NCBI GenBank assembly: GCA_028534125.1
Contig: CM052817.1
Coordinates: forward strand, 89,468,001-89,532,000
Source: Lama glama
Lineage: Eukaryota
Direction of reading: 5' to 3'
DNA length: 64,000 nt
In this document: positions 50,170 to 62,911 of the stretch, one piece after another
Layout of the letters: every line of letters starts with the position of its first letter
Position numbering within the stretch: position 1 is the stretch's first letter
Notes under the pieces: generated by a model
Seen by the model: the letters and a program-made list of their open reading frames with translations, nothing else
Told to the model about the DNA's origin: nothing
Database searches by the model: none
Position numbers and translations under genes: made by a program

Positions 50170-52060
50170 TGCAATCCCAATCAAAACCCCAGCAAGTTAA
50201 TTTAAGGATATCAAACAATCAATGCTAAGGTTCATATGGAGAGGCAAAATGCAGATGCTCTTTTTGTTTTGTTTTGTTTTGTTTAAGAGAAACTTGTTAT
50301 TACATTTAATTTTCCTTAAATACAAACCTTTCTCCTACACCCACCCATTCTAGGGAGGAGTAGGAAACCCCCACCCCCTCCATTTGGGGGATTCTGAGTA
50401 TAAAGCCTGAGATGATGAGGATGACGTATATTAAGGAGAAGAACAAAGTTGGAGAACTGATGCTATTTGACTTCAAAATTTACTATATTGCTATTATAAT
50501 CAAGAAAGTGTTGTGCTGGCAAAAGAATAGACTGTTAATAAAACAGAGTAGAGAACCCAGAAATAGAACTCCGTAAATATGATCAAAGGAGCAAAAGCAA
50601 TACAATGGAGCAAAGATAGTCAGTCTTTTCAACAAATAGTGCTGGCATAACTGAATATCTACATCTCCCCTAAAAAAGAATCTAGACAGAGACCTTACAC
50701 TCTTCACAAAAATTAACTCAAAATGGAGATAGACATAAATGAAGACAAAACTATAAAACCCCCAGAAGATAACAAGATAACAGGAGGAAACCTAGATGAC
50801 CTTGGCTATAGCAATGATTTTTTTAGATAAAGCACACTAAAGACAAAATCTATGAAAGAAATAATTGATACATTGGATGTCATGAAAAACAAAACAAAAC
50901 AAACAAAACCTTTTCTCTCTGAGAGATAATGTCAAGAGAATAAGAAGACAAGACACATACTGGTAGAAAATATTTGCAAAAGACACTTTTGATAAAGGAC
51001 TGTTATCCAAATTACACAAAGAACTCTTAAAACTCAACAATACTAAAACAGAAAACTGATTTTAAAATGGGCCAAAGAACTTAACAGATGCCTCACCGAA
51101 GAAAATCTAGGGAAGAAAAATGAGCATATGAAAAGATCATATCATATGACATCAGGAAAATGCAAATTAAGACAAAGATAAGATACCATTAAACACTTAT
51201 TATAATGACCAAATCTGGAACACTGACAACATCAAATGCTGGCAAGTAGGTGCAACAATAGGAACTTTCATTCATTGCTGGGAATGAGAATGGGTAAGAA
51301 TGCAAATAGTATAGCTGTTTTGGAAGACAGTTTAGTGATTCCTTACACAACTCACGAACTCCATGCATTCTAGCAATCATGCTCTTTGACACTTGCTTAC
51401 CAAAAGGAGGTGAAAACTTATGTCCACACAAAAACCTGCCCACAGATGTCTATAGCAACTTTATTCCTAATTGCCAAAACTTGGAAGCAATCAAGATATC
51501 CTTCAGTAGGTATACAGATAAAATGTGGTGCATCCAGACAATGAATAGCATTCAGAACTAAAAAGAAATGAGCTATCAAGCCATGAAAAACCAAGCAGGA
51601 AACCTAAATGCATATTAGTAAGTGAAATAAGTCAATCTGAAAAGGCCTACATATTCCAACTGTATAGCTTTCTGGAAAAGGCAAAAATATGGAGACAATA
51701 AAAAGATCAGTATTTGCAAGGGTTTGGTGGAGGTGATGAGCAGAGATGAACAGGTGCAGCACAGAGGATTTTTAGGGCAAAACACTCTAATGTCTGACAT
51801 TATAGTAATTGATGTATGTTATACATTTCTCCAAACCCATAGAATGTACAACACCAAGAGTGAACCCTAAGATGAACTATAGACTTTGGTGATGTATCAT
51901 TTCAGTTCATCTTTGGTTTAAAAAAAACAAAAGCATCATTTTGGTGAGTAAAACTGATAATTGGGGGTGGGGTATGCATGTGTTGGGGCAGGGGTTATAT
52001 ATGGAAGTATCTGTATGTTTCTCTCAATTTTGTTGTAAATCTAAAACCACTCTAAGAATT
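50170..52060 (+). mobile_element. Second L1MC-type LINE-1 (ORF2 3' end plus 3'UTR), interrupted at 50250-50428
   Basis: Colinear with 10130-11830 (AAGGAGAAGAACAAAGTTGG, AAAAGAAATGAGCTATCAAG). Confidence 0.92.
50250..50428 (-). pseudogene. Short antisense retrocopy (3'UTR-like, poly(A)-tailed)
   Basis: Non-L1 insert. On the - strand ATTAAA (50305-10) lies ~20 nt before an (AAAAC)n tail. Confidence 0.55.
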
Positions 52061-52148
52061 TTTTTTTCCTAAAGGTAAGCTTACAGAAGATTGGAAATTA
52101 TAAAATTGAATGCAACAATTTAAAAATCAATTGTAAAGAAAAAAATAC

Positions 52149-52256
52149 TTGTTTCACAACACAAGTATTTGTTTCTTGTCCACTCCCATTTATCAAAGCA
52201 ACTGGTCCCTGAATGTTCTTGAAGACTGTCATCAGTAATTGTCTCTGAACTGCTTT
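52149..52256 (-). CDS. Candidate 108-nt exon (KAVQRQLLMTVFKNIQGPVALINGSGQETNTCVVKQ), unidentified
   Basis: ttttgtag acceptor, weak gtattt donor, phase-compatible with 55981-56102. Confidence 0.2.
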
Positions 52257-52299
52257 CTACAAAACATACACTCCATTGTTTGGTGTTGTTTGCTTCTAG

Positions 52300-52550
52300 G
52301 ATATCAGGGACACTATCATTACCAGGGACAGTATTATTACCAGGAAGTGCTACAATTAGACTGACCCCTGCACCTTGGACCCCCAACCAACAGACTAGTC
52401 TTGAATATAGTGTGTTCCATGTCAATATATGGAAATTATTTATCTTATATTTTGCAGTTATACTGTTATATGACTTGCAAAACAATATTAATTTTTCTCT
52501 AGATATATCACTGAAATAAAAAATACATTTTTCATTGTTTTTAAATAAAC
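52300..52550 (+). other. Candidate terminal exon
   Basis: ttgcttctag acceptor, open frame to 52519, AATAAA at 52515 and 52544. Confidence 0.3.
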
Positions 52551-54129
52551 TTGACTAAATTTTAAAGTTAATCATGAGCCCATAGGAGACTGGACACAGT
52601 ATATTCAAGGTAGGGAACAAATGTGAATTTTAATTAACAGTTGGCATATATAAAACTGAAGGAATTTGAAATCTATAATCTATAATGTCATTCTAGGCAG
52701 GTGTACAAGACACACGCCCTTGGAGAGAAATTTTTTTCCCCAAGACAGAATATTTCTTTCCAAGGGGCTTCCAATCTCTTTTGCTGGAACTTCTGCCCAG
52801 TCACATTGTCAGTTCACTTCCAGAAGTCCAGACATGTTTGCAACGCAGCAAAGAGCTCAGTTAAGACTCATGATGGACTTTTGCTAAACCGTGAAATTAT
52901 ACAACATAACATTTCTTAATTCTATATATAGCATTAAGTATCCTGATACATGTTGTCATTTATTTTCTCCCTCATCTCCAAATTTTGTGTTTCTATGTTT
53001 TGTTCTGAATGTTTTTCTTGTTATTTGTATAAAAATTATTTTGATCACTTCATTACTGTCTATATACAGACACATTTTTTTCCCAATTTTATTTACTTAG
53101 AATTATGATTAAGGAGAAATGACAACAAATTTGATATTTTTTCCCCACAGCAATTGCAAAATCATAAAAATTGCCATACTCTTAGATTACTAAGGTCTAT
53201 GTCCATTAAACTTTTAGTCAGTTTTGAAGATGATGTATTACACTACTTCAGCGGATGCTTGAGGTGAAGTTCCTTCTATACTAAGAAGTTACCATTTCTG
53301 TACACTTGCCTTCTATGCATAACACTAGTTTTGGTATGTAATTTTTGTATTCACCTTTGGAAAACAAATTCCCAAATTCCACATTCAAATGGTATTAAAA
53401 TTAACTGTTTCATTGAAGGAAAAAAATCACTTTTTGAGATTAATAAGACACTGGCATAGGCTCACCCATGCTACATCTGTTGTTCCACCCTCTCCAATGG
53501 CACATAAGATGTACTGAATGCTTCCTAAAAAATGCCTGCACAATAGACCCACTCTGAGATGAAATCAGAAAAGTTCCGAAGTAAAAGGAATGTTCCTTTC
53601 TCAGTAGGCTGGCTAATTGTATGTGCATTCATTTTGATTGATTTTTAAGACTGATGGAAAAATGTGACTTTTCAGTGGAGAAACAATTACAGCAGGAACT
53701 GCTATCCTTTACTGAATGAACAATGCTATTTATAAAGGAAGAAAATTACAAAAGGTTTGTTTCCTGCTGCTAATTTTGCTAAGGTACTGAATTAGTATGT
53801 CACTGCTGCGAGCTGCAGGAGACCTTTATGATACATGAGCAGGAAGGAGGCACCCTGATGAGTGGTGTTAATCATCAAAAGCTCCAGTTAGTGAACGTGT
53901 CAACACGGGGCCAAAGAGGAATTACCCCGCCCCCCACCTCCCAAAGTCAGTGTGAAAGGTAATGTTAAGTAAAATCGAAGGTGACCCAAATCATTGATTA
54001 ATTTTTTACTTGAATCAATTAGAGGTAAGAAACAAAATTCTTGGAGGGAACAAGTGATTATGTTAAAGGGAAATCAACAACAAAATTAGTCCATCTCTAT
54101 TTTCTTCTTTAAAGCTCTGCATCTAATTT

Positions 54130-55080
54130 ATATTAGTTTGCTAGAGCTGCCTCAACAAAGTACCATAAACAAAGTGGCTTAAACAAACAGAAATTTATTG
54201 TTTCACAGTTCTGGACTCTAGAAGTGCCAAATCAATGTGTCAGCATGTAATGGAGAAGAACAAACCTGACTCCATATTGGATCTATTCCTTTAAATCTAA
54301 CCCTTGCCTGTGCTTAGTCATGCTGGCTCTTTCCCTTTGTAGAAGAATGCTGCCTGTAGCCTGAATATACATGACAGCCCATTCTTGAGGCTCTTACCTT
54401 GAAAGATAACATTTTTTCCATTCATGTAGAGATAAAAAGTTGCAGAACAGAAAAGAACAATGGTCTTGTTGGACGTTTATAGGAATATTGTGACCAGCTG
54501 TAAGAACAAAGGATTCTGGCACCAAGAAGTTTGCAACAACCAACCACACCTCTATTCCCTTTAGTACAAAAGAAGCCTGAACTCTAACTTGGGTAAGGCT
54601 GTTCTTTGGGATATTCCACCATCTTCTCAGTATGCTGGCTTCCCCAGTAAATTTGCTATACCTTGCCCCAATAACTCATCTCTCAATTTACTGGTCTGTC
54701 ATGTGTTGAGCAGTATGAGCTTGGACTCAGTAACAAGTGGGTTTAGATCTTTTTGAAGGCTGAGAAAAGAATCAGCTCCATGCATCCCCTCTAACTTCTG
54801 AAGGTTGCTGGCAATCTTTGTCATGTAGAAATATCACCCGTCTCTGCCTTCATATTCACATGGCTTTTTTTCTGTTTGTATGTCTATCTATAAATTCCCC
54901 TATTTTACAAGGAAACCACTCATATGGGATCAGGGCCCACTTTAATGACCTCATTTTAACTTGATTATCTCTGAAAGAGATTCTATCTCCAAATAAAATC
55001 ATGTTCTGAGATGCTGAGGGTTAGGACTCCAACACAGCAACTTGGAGTGGGGTAGGGAGACACACAATTCAACCAGCAAC
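54130..55080 (-). mobile_element. MaLR (MLT1B/C-type) LTR split by a nested ERV1 LTR
   Basis: TATTAGTTTGCTAG.GCTGCC..AACAAAGTACCA start and GGTTAGGACT.CAACA end. The two halves are colinear across the insert. Confidence 0.82.
54246..54735 (+). mobile_element. ERV1 solo LTR nested in MLT1
   Basis: TGTAA...TAACA termini, flanks AGCA/AGTG. Confidence 0.8.
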
Positions 55081-55980
55081 GTGACTGACAAATAGTAAGC
55101 TAGATTTTCAACATATAGCTAAAATAATTTAAAGTTTGCTTGAGGGATGAAGCATACACTTATCAAAAAGTTCGCAAGGTGTAGAAAATGGAAATATGTA
55201 TATATTAAAGCTTTCTGAAATATTTGTAGATTAAAACTTTTTTGTTGTATTATTTGAAAAGATAGGGTCATTGAATGATAGCTCTGTAACTCCATTTTTT
55301 ACATGAAGAAACCAAAGTTACCTTGATGTTGAAAGTTTAAAGCTAATCAGAGGCAGGACATGGAGTTTAGTATGAAGACTAGCAGAACCCCTGAAACAGA
55401 AGGCACAGTTTACCCTTTCTGGGTAAATTTTGTACTCAGTAGGTCTTTTCACCTTCTAGCGGACACAAAACATGCAATTATTTTTTAAAATTTTGTTATA
55501 TGAATAAAATCATCACATGTAGGTTCTGGAGTGAAGAGTAACTCTTAAAGATATACATGGTACCTCTGTGAGCAAATAAAATTTTCATCAGAAGGAAGAA
55601 CACTGTCAAAAAGAATTAACATAGCATGTGTCGATGCTGACCATAAAAGGATCATATTTTAATTTTCACAAGCCATGTAACATCTCTATTGTTATAAGGT
55701 CACTGCAAGAATGATTATTACAAGGGTTATTTTTCATTTTATAGGTGGTAAATGTCATGTGAACATGATAATGCTTTCAATCATCAGTGACCATATTGGA
55801 CATATCTCACAAACACATTTGGTTTCCACACCACCCATGTGTCCTAGGATTGACAGTTATCCAACTAGAAAACTGGTATTGAAACAGCTTGAGTAACAAA
55901 GGTTTGTTTTTCTCTTTATTTTATTTATTTGTTTATTTATTTATTTGGCGATGCAAAGATTTATTGTGTGGAAGACTTAC

Positions 55981-56102
55981 TCCCTTCTTGTAGTTTTCCT
56001 TCAATCTGGGTTTAAAATATGGGATTCTTGCCTCCCTAAGGCTATTTCCAATGGTTGGGTACTGACAGGGAAGTCTGACCACTGACCTACTCCTATTTTC
56101 AG
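55981..56102 (-). CDS. Candidate 122-nt exon (ENRSRSVVRLPCQYPTIGNSLREARIPYFKPRLKENYKKG), unidentified
   Basis: gtaagt donor, weak aatag acceptor, only one open frame, phase 1 to 0. Confidence 0.25.
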
Positions 56103-56194
56103 CTATTATGTTTGACAAGAGAACCTTGATTCAATCACAACATTTAGCAACTCATTTATTCTCCACAACTTTAAAGTTTTTCTAAAATATTGTA

Positions 56195-56439
56195 GGGTGG
56201 GGAGTGGGAAGGGATAGACTAGGATTTCAAAATTGTGTGATAGATAAACAAGATTATACTGTATAGCACAGGGAAATATATACAAGATCTTATGGTAGCT
56301 CACAGAGAAAAAAATGTGACAATGAATATATATATGTCCATGTATAACTGAAAAATTGTGCTCTACACTGGAATTTGACACAACATTGTAAATGATTATA
56401 AATCAATAAAAAATTAAAAAAAAATAAATAAAATAAAAT
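56195..56439 (+). mobile_element. Young, 5'-truncated L1 3' end
   Basis: G-rich start, AATAAA, A-rich tail, perfect TSD AAAATATTGTA (56184-94 and 56440-50). Confidence 0.92.
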
Positions 56440-56939
56440 AAAATATTGTATAACCAGCTGCTATGCCATTTGCCTGTGATTAGTCAAATGAGATTTTAAT
56501 ACATTGTATTATGATGAAAGCTGACCACGTTTGCCAACCTGAAGCAGCAATTATAATAGGGTAACTTACATGAGAGTTTTATACATTTGTAAAGTCCTCC
56601 TATCATGCTTTTTTATTTTTTTAAACTAAGTTTTGTTTCTGGAAGTGGATTGGCAGGAATTAAGGTCATTTATAGCATTGGGAGTTCATATTTATGAAAT
56701 AATTTTTAAGAAAAATATCTACCCTAGTGCTAAAAGAATTTTAATTTTTAGACCCTCACTTATTGTTTTCCTTTGTGGCTAAACTTACCGTGCTTACATA
56801 GCACTCTCTGTTAAGACTTAGCATAACATGTGCCACAACAAGTACTCAACAGATATCGAATGAATAGAACTGTTATGAGAATAGCCAATAATTATTTTAA
56901 GCTTAAAAAAAATCACTAGACCCTTTTCAAGCACTTAAA

Positions 56940-57110
56940 ATTGGTCATTCCACTTAGTTATCATAGCAGCCCTAAGAAGTTAGTACTATTATTATTCTCA
57001 TTTTACAGAGGAAGAAAAGGTTTAAAAAGGTGTTAACATTAACACAGTACAGATGGGTTTTAAACCCAGAGTGTCTAACCTCAGAACCCATTCTATAACG
57101 ATTATACTGC
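56940..57110 (-). mobile_element. MIR SINE
   Basis: ATTATTCTCATTTTACAGAGGAAGAAA reverse core. Confidence 0.65.
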
Positions 57111-57424
57111 ACAACTTTTTAAGTGTGGAGATAGTTGACAAAAGGTGCTAGAAAATATGTTTTGTTTTCATTACAGAATAATCTTATAATATCTGGAGAC
57201 ATTAAACTTCTGAGAAAGTGCTCTGAGACTGTTAAACCAAAGGCATCATTTCCTTACACTAGGTCAAGACAGCCTTGGAATTTTCCTTCTAATAAACTTA
57301 TGTTTAGAATTATGATTATCAGATGTTCTTACAATGGTTTAGCAGGAGTTTACTATCTTAGGTTCTCACCATGAAGAATCTTTAAATAAAAAAGTATTAA
57401 TAATCATTCTCCTATATCCCCCCA

Positions 57425-57457
57425 CCAAACCAAACCAAACCAAACCAAACCAAACCA
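57425..57457. repeat. (CCAAA)n microsatellite
   Basis: About 6 units visible. Confidence 0.93.
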
Positions 57458-58125
57458 GACAACTGGGCTCATATAAAAATAGCCTCAATGCCAAAGTTCT
57501 TTGTATTTGCAGGGTGCATTCACGCAAGCACAGCAATCATGGCAAATAATTGTGGATTATCTATTTCCGAATCATTATTCAACAGAATTTTTAAAAAATC
57601 TTGGTATTTTGACAGAAATCAACTTATACTGAAATGTTGTATTCAGATATACTGTAATACATAGAGAAATAATTAATAAATTAGAAATAAACTCTGTGAC
57701 ATCACATCTGCCCTGATGCTAATTTAGATAACGATATGCTAATTACTTGACCAAGTCTGAGTCATATATCCCAGCACTGGAAATATTTTCTAATTTAAAA
57801 ACCATTATTACTTGTAAAATTGCCTAGCATACATATGCAATACTATTTATTTTGTTTCCTTTTTTGAAAATCTGTTTTATATAATTTTAATGAAAATTAC
57901 TTTTAAAAATTTCTTACTGATTTTTAAGGACTGAAAGAGACCAAATATATGAGTTCAAAGTAGTCAGTGGCAGTATTATCTAGATTTAAAACTATTTTAC
58001 AGCTATGATAAAGAGGTATATATAATTGACACATGAATTTGAAGGGGAAATCTAAAGTATGGAGAACAGAGGAGCAACAGGCCCTACTATATTTAGTAAC
58101 TGGTCATTTATTTTGAACTGATTAC

Positions 58126-58194
58126 CTTGACTAATTCCAACTGTTGTAGAATTACTCAGAGGATCTTCCGGTATGGGGCGATTTCTCCTGTTCC
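58126..58194 (-). CDS. Candidate 69-nt symmetric exon (NRRNRPIPEDPLSNSTTVGISQ), unidentified
   Basis: tttcag acceptor, AAG|gtaat donor, CpG retention, only the phase 1-1 frame is open. Confidence 0.3.
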
Positions 58195-58873
58195 CTGAAA
58201 TTATAAGATATATATGACTTTCTGGGAAATAACACTTCTGGACTTTAATAAACAGAACAAACAGGATCAGCTTCATCTGGAAATATCTGAAGTTCCTAGT
58301 CATTATTGTTGTTTGAATAGTTTCAAATATGGTGCTCAAATCAGAGAAACACTAACACAAAAGACTTCCTTGAATGAGGACTAGCTTAGTTTCCTCTAAA
58401 AAGAAGCATATATTTGTGCATGGTCTCAGTGCTTGTTGATTTATGATTAAAAGAGCTGCACAAATGTAGCCACAGAATTCAAATCTGCCTTTCAAAGATA
58501 CCTGCTAACCTAGAGGTGTGGCTGTTCTGGAGGACTTAAGCATGCTGAGACCACTGGCCTGTGCATTTTGAGGAGATTATAAATATCATTACATTGTGTA
58601 CTCCAATACAGAAGAGAGAAGTCATTATTAAACATCTGCCAATGCATCAATGCATCAATGCCAATCTTTTTTTTTTTTTCCATAGGCTGAGAAGAAATAC
58701 GGTCAAGCAGAGTTCATCCATGCTAGATTGCATAGTGGAAGTCAGAACTCTTGGTTTGGTCCACTCACTTTGGTATGAACCGGGCCAAGATTGTAGCCCC
58801 ATTTGCAAGAACAGCATCATTGCCCGGTACTCTAGGGTTTATTATTGGAAATGTTATGGTTTATTATTGGAAA

Positions 58874-59234
58874 TGTTATGGGTCTCTGTCCCCTTAAAAT
58901 TCATCTCTTGAAACCCTAATGCCTAAAATGATGGTATTAAGAGGTGGGGCCTTTAGGAGGTACTCATTAGGTCATGAGGGTGAAGCCCTGAATGGGATTA
59001 ATGTCCTTATAAGAGACCCCATGGAGCTCCTTAGCCTCTTCCATCAGGTGATGTTACAGCAAAAAGACAACTATTTATGAACCAGGAAGTGGACTCTCAC
59101 CAGGTACTGAATTATCCATCACCATGATCTTGGACTTTCTAGTCTCTAGAACAGTGAGAAATAAAATTCTATTGTTTATAAGCCATTTGGTTTTTTTGTT
59201 GTTGTTGTTATAGCAGTCCAAGCAGACTAAGACA
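58874..59234 (+). mobile_element. MaLR (MLT1A-type) LTR
   Basis: TGTTATGG start, GGTATTA.GAGGTGGGGCCTTT, AATAAA, TTATAGCAG...GACTAAGACA end. Confidence 0.88.
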
Positions 59235-62200
59235 GGAGGGTTTGGAGAACTCCCATTTCACTAAGGAATTCCTGTTCTCTGTAGTTTTTGAGGGTCCTCA
59301 CTTTTGGGCTTTTGAGGAGGGCAGAATGTGGTGTCTTTAGCAACAGGCTTTATATCATAAAACCTTATTTCCACAATTAAGTGGTTGGTTTCACTATAAG
59401 AAAACTACGCTACCTGTTTTATTTGTGCTTCTTCTGATATTGGCAAGAAAAGCAATGGCTGTGCTCCACCATTTACTTTCCTACCTTTCACCCCACTCCC
59501 TGGTTCCACTTCAACTAATTGATTCAACCTGAGTAATGACCAGTAAGGGTTCTAATCTGTGTCCCTATGCAAATATAAAAATGTATATACCAGCTGGTTG
59601 GTTGTAGAGCATGAGTTAGCTTATTGTGCAGCACTTAGCTGAGAGTCTTTCAAATCATTTTCTTATTGTGAATCATTCTAGAAAAGAAGAAATGAGGGTG
59701 CCTTATTCTATAGCACACTGGCCACCTATATCTTCCTCTTTTGTGAGAAAATGGATTGCAAATTCTCCTGTATCATTTTAAAGCAGCATTGTGAAACTTT
59801 CTCAGAAGGGTGATTAGAAAACATCTGTAATCATTGCTGGAAAGCCAGCCAATCTGCACGAGCTAGTTAATCTGTCTCTCCTGTCTGGCCAGCAGGATGC
59901 AAGAAATGAGATCTTCCTGATTTCTTCAGTAGAATCCTATCTTGAATCACAAAAAATATACAGCTTCATGTGAAGTCCAAATGGCTTTTTAATAGGCTGC
60001 CCAATGCTTCTCTGGAACATACACAAAAAGGCATTGCTGGAGAAAGTGGGCTTTCACAGCTATGAGAGTTGAGATCTGTGAGTTTGTGAGTTTGGAGAGC
60101 AGTTTATCCACAGTTAAGAAAAATACGATATTGCATCATGCTGTTTTTCTCTTTAGTGCCACTGTCTTAAGTCACAGGGGCTGGAAAATGTCAACAAGCT
60201 CATCAGTTTTGGTCAGGGACATATTCTTTGTCTTTGGCAAAATGTAAAAATTTCCCCCAAACTTTCTCCCATTTGAACTTGTCTTAATCTCATGAGTGCT
60301 AGTATATCAGGTTCTGAGGAAACTGCAAGGCAGGTATGTCATGAGAGAGATTCAAAGAGATGAAAATCTATATGGAGAACCCATATGATACAGCTCAGGA
60401 ACTGAAAATGATAAGCAAAAAAATCCAGAAACCAACAGGGTACAGCAAAAAGTTGCAAGTTATAGGTCATATGGAAGTATGAACAAGTTAGAAAAATGTG
60501 TATAAACAAGGACAGAAAACCAATGATTCAAATGCAAGTCATCATCCTTTATTGCTTGGTAATTGGCTAGCATATGATGGATTCAGGATGTCAAACTACC
60601 TGGGACCATTATAGGTAGGGCTAGGGATTGTTCACATTATTGAAGTAAATGTTATCACCCACGAGGTTGATGAAAGTGACGAAAGACGTCAAGATAGACT
60701 CTGGGAGAGCATAGGTTTCAAATTACGGGTGAAGGAAGAAGGGCGAACACAGAAGGTGGGAGGGTCAGAATGATGGGCAAGGAAGCCAATGAAGAGGAGT
60801 GTTGTGACAAGGAAGGTGAGGTAAGAAAGTCAAATGCTAAAGAGAAAGGGAAGAGCTGGAAAATACCAGTCACTATGGCAATTAGACAGCCATTGGTTCA
60901 GTAAGAAAGTAAAAACAGTTTCAGTGAATAGATGTGGCTGAAGTCAGAGGTGTGAACAAGACAGTAAATTCAGGTGTGAAAGAAAAGAAGCAAATGGAGG
61001 AAAGGGGCTGGTTTGAGTGTGGATTGGTTATTTTTCTAATGGGAGAAAATTGCTTACATATGTAGACAAATAAAGAAATAAAGAGGGAGAGGTAAAAATC
61101 AAAATGGGTTTTTATAGACATTTAAAATTATATTTTTATATAAATTTTATATTTCTATCTATATGTGAGGTGGGGTATGGTGAGTCAGATTATAGAAACT
61201 AAATTTGTTTCTATGCCTACAAGTGGAAAAATAAGTAACCTATAATGAATCCGGAGCCTGGGCAAGTTTTGACATCAAATTATTACAATCCCTTGCCAGA
61301 AAGTAATGAAAGAGTAGAGGAATCCTCCTCCTCTCCTGTCACCATCACTCCCGTCCAGAAACATGGTGGCCCTGTGGCTAGAACCAAAGGAATCAAACTG
61401 TGTGGCTAGTGCTTTGAAGCCTTGAAAGAGATGCATTTGAATCTATGAATCCATGGTCAGGAGACAAGAGCAGTGAAGAATAGCACCCCCGCCCCCATCC
61501 CTCCATGTACCTATTATGCCCACATAAACTAAAGTAGTTGGGGATTCCTAGACAAATAACATTGAGGGTAAAGCTGGAAGTGCATAATATACTGGATTTT
61601 TTGAATTGACAAAGAGAATATCTGAAATATCTGAGCATTCCTAGAATAACACTTAAAAGATTTTTCTAAATAGTCAAGCATATGGGTAACCACAACAAAT
61701 ATTTTATCTCTCCTCGTTATAATTAAGAGATTTAAAAAAATGTAATGAATCAAATACAGATCTCCCATTCTCTTGCTGCTCAGAACTATTACTATTAATA
61801 TTTTGGTGCTTTTTCTTTGAAAATTTTAAATTTATTTGATCTGATAGAGATGTAGAAAAAAACTATTTTCATTTAAATATGCATAGTCATTTTTCCAATT
61901 GTATAAAACTGTGTAAAAATAGTTGCAATAGTTTCATAATATCCATCATATGCCAGCAAATTAATTTATATAAAAAGTCTTAGTGTTGAAACTTAGGTAA
62001 TTAATTAAACTATTGTAACCATGCAATGCATTTTTATGATATTTCAGAATTTTTCCTTGTTATATGTTCTCAGAAGTAGAATTACTGAGTCAAATACATA
62101 AAAATTTAAATGAATCTTGATAATGCAAATTTTCCCCTAATATAGACCCAGTTTAAATTCCTGCTTATCATGCAAAAGTCTGCATGGTTCTCTTTGTCCT

Positions 62201-62593
62201 CAATTAATTGCCTATTGCTGGTCTCATTAAAATCACATTTTATTTTGGTAAGATAGTATTTTACTGTTTGCACTGAACATTGCATTTTCCTTGATGATAT
62301 ACATTCTAAAACCTTGCAATATTATCTATTTATTTATCTGACATTTAAAACATCCGTAATGATGCCCACTTCATAGGATGGATTAATTCACAATTGGACA
62401 TGTAAGTGTAAAATTCAGGGAAAGGAGGAGTTGAGGGTTTGGGGAAAATAAAAGTTGAAGTGAAAGTTCTGAGACTTTTGCTAAGAAGTTGTGAAAATGA
62501 GAAGAGTTTGAGGCTCATAGACTGAGAAAAAGAGAATGGGCCAAGGGATTGAGGATCCTGATTTTAATATAAAAACTAATAAATAAAAACCTA

Positions 62594-62911
62594 TATTAAA
62601 CAGAGTCAGGAGACCAGAGAGGAGAGCTCTCATGTCCTGCGAGGATAGCAGAGCCCAAAGGAAGAAGAAAGACTCTTCTTTCCTGGCAACAACTCAGCCA
62701 GTGAAAAGTCATGGACTCTACATACTCCAGCTCTCCCAACTTCCTTTTTTGCCCTATAGAGTGTTCTCCTTTCTGCGGAGGGCAGAGTCTTGCACAGGAT
62801 TTGCCGTAGTTGCAGACCCTGAACAACAGTTTTATGCTGATCCTGAATAAACCCATTTTTAGGGGGGAGGGCTGGGAGAAATAGGTGACAGTCTGTTTAT
62901 TTTAGATCAAA
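62594..62911 (+). mobile_element. Short ERV1-type solo LTR
   Basis: AGCCAGTGAAAA, CCCTATAGA, CTGAATAAAC poly(A) signal. Termini are degenerate. Confidence 0.6.

Noticed and set aside
58837..58880. 22-bp tandem duplication at the MLT1A start
   Set aside because: Simple slippage duplication with no further structure.
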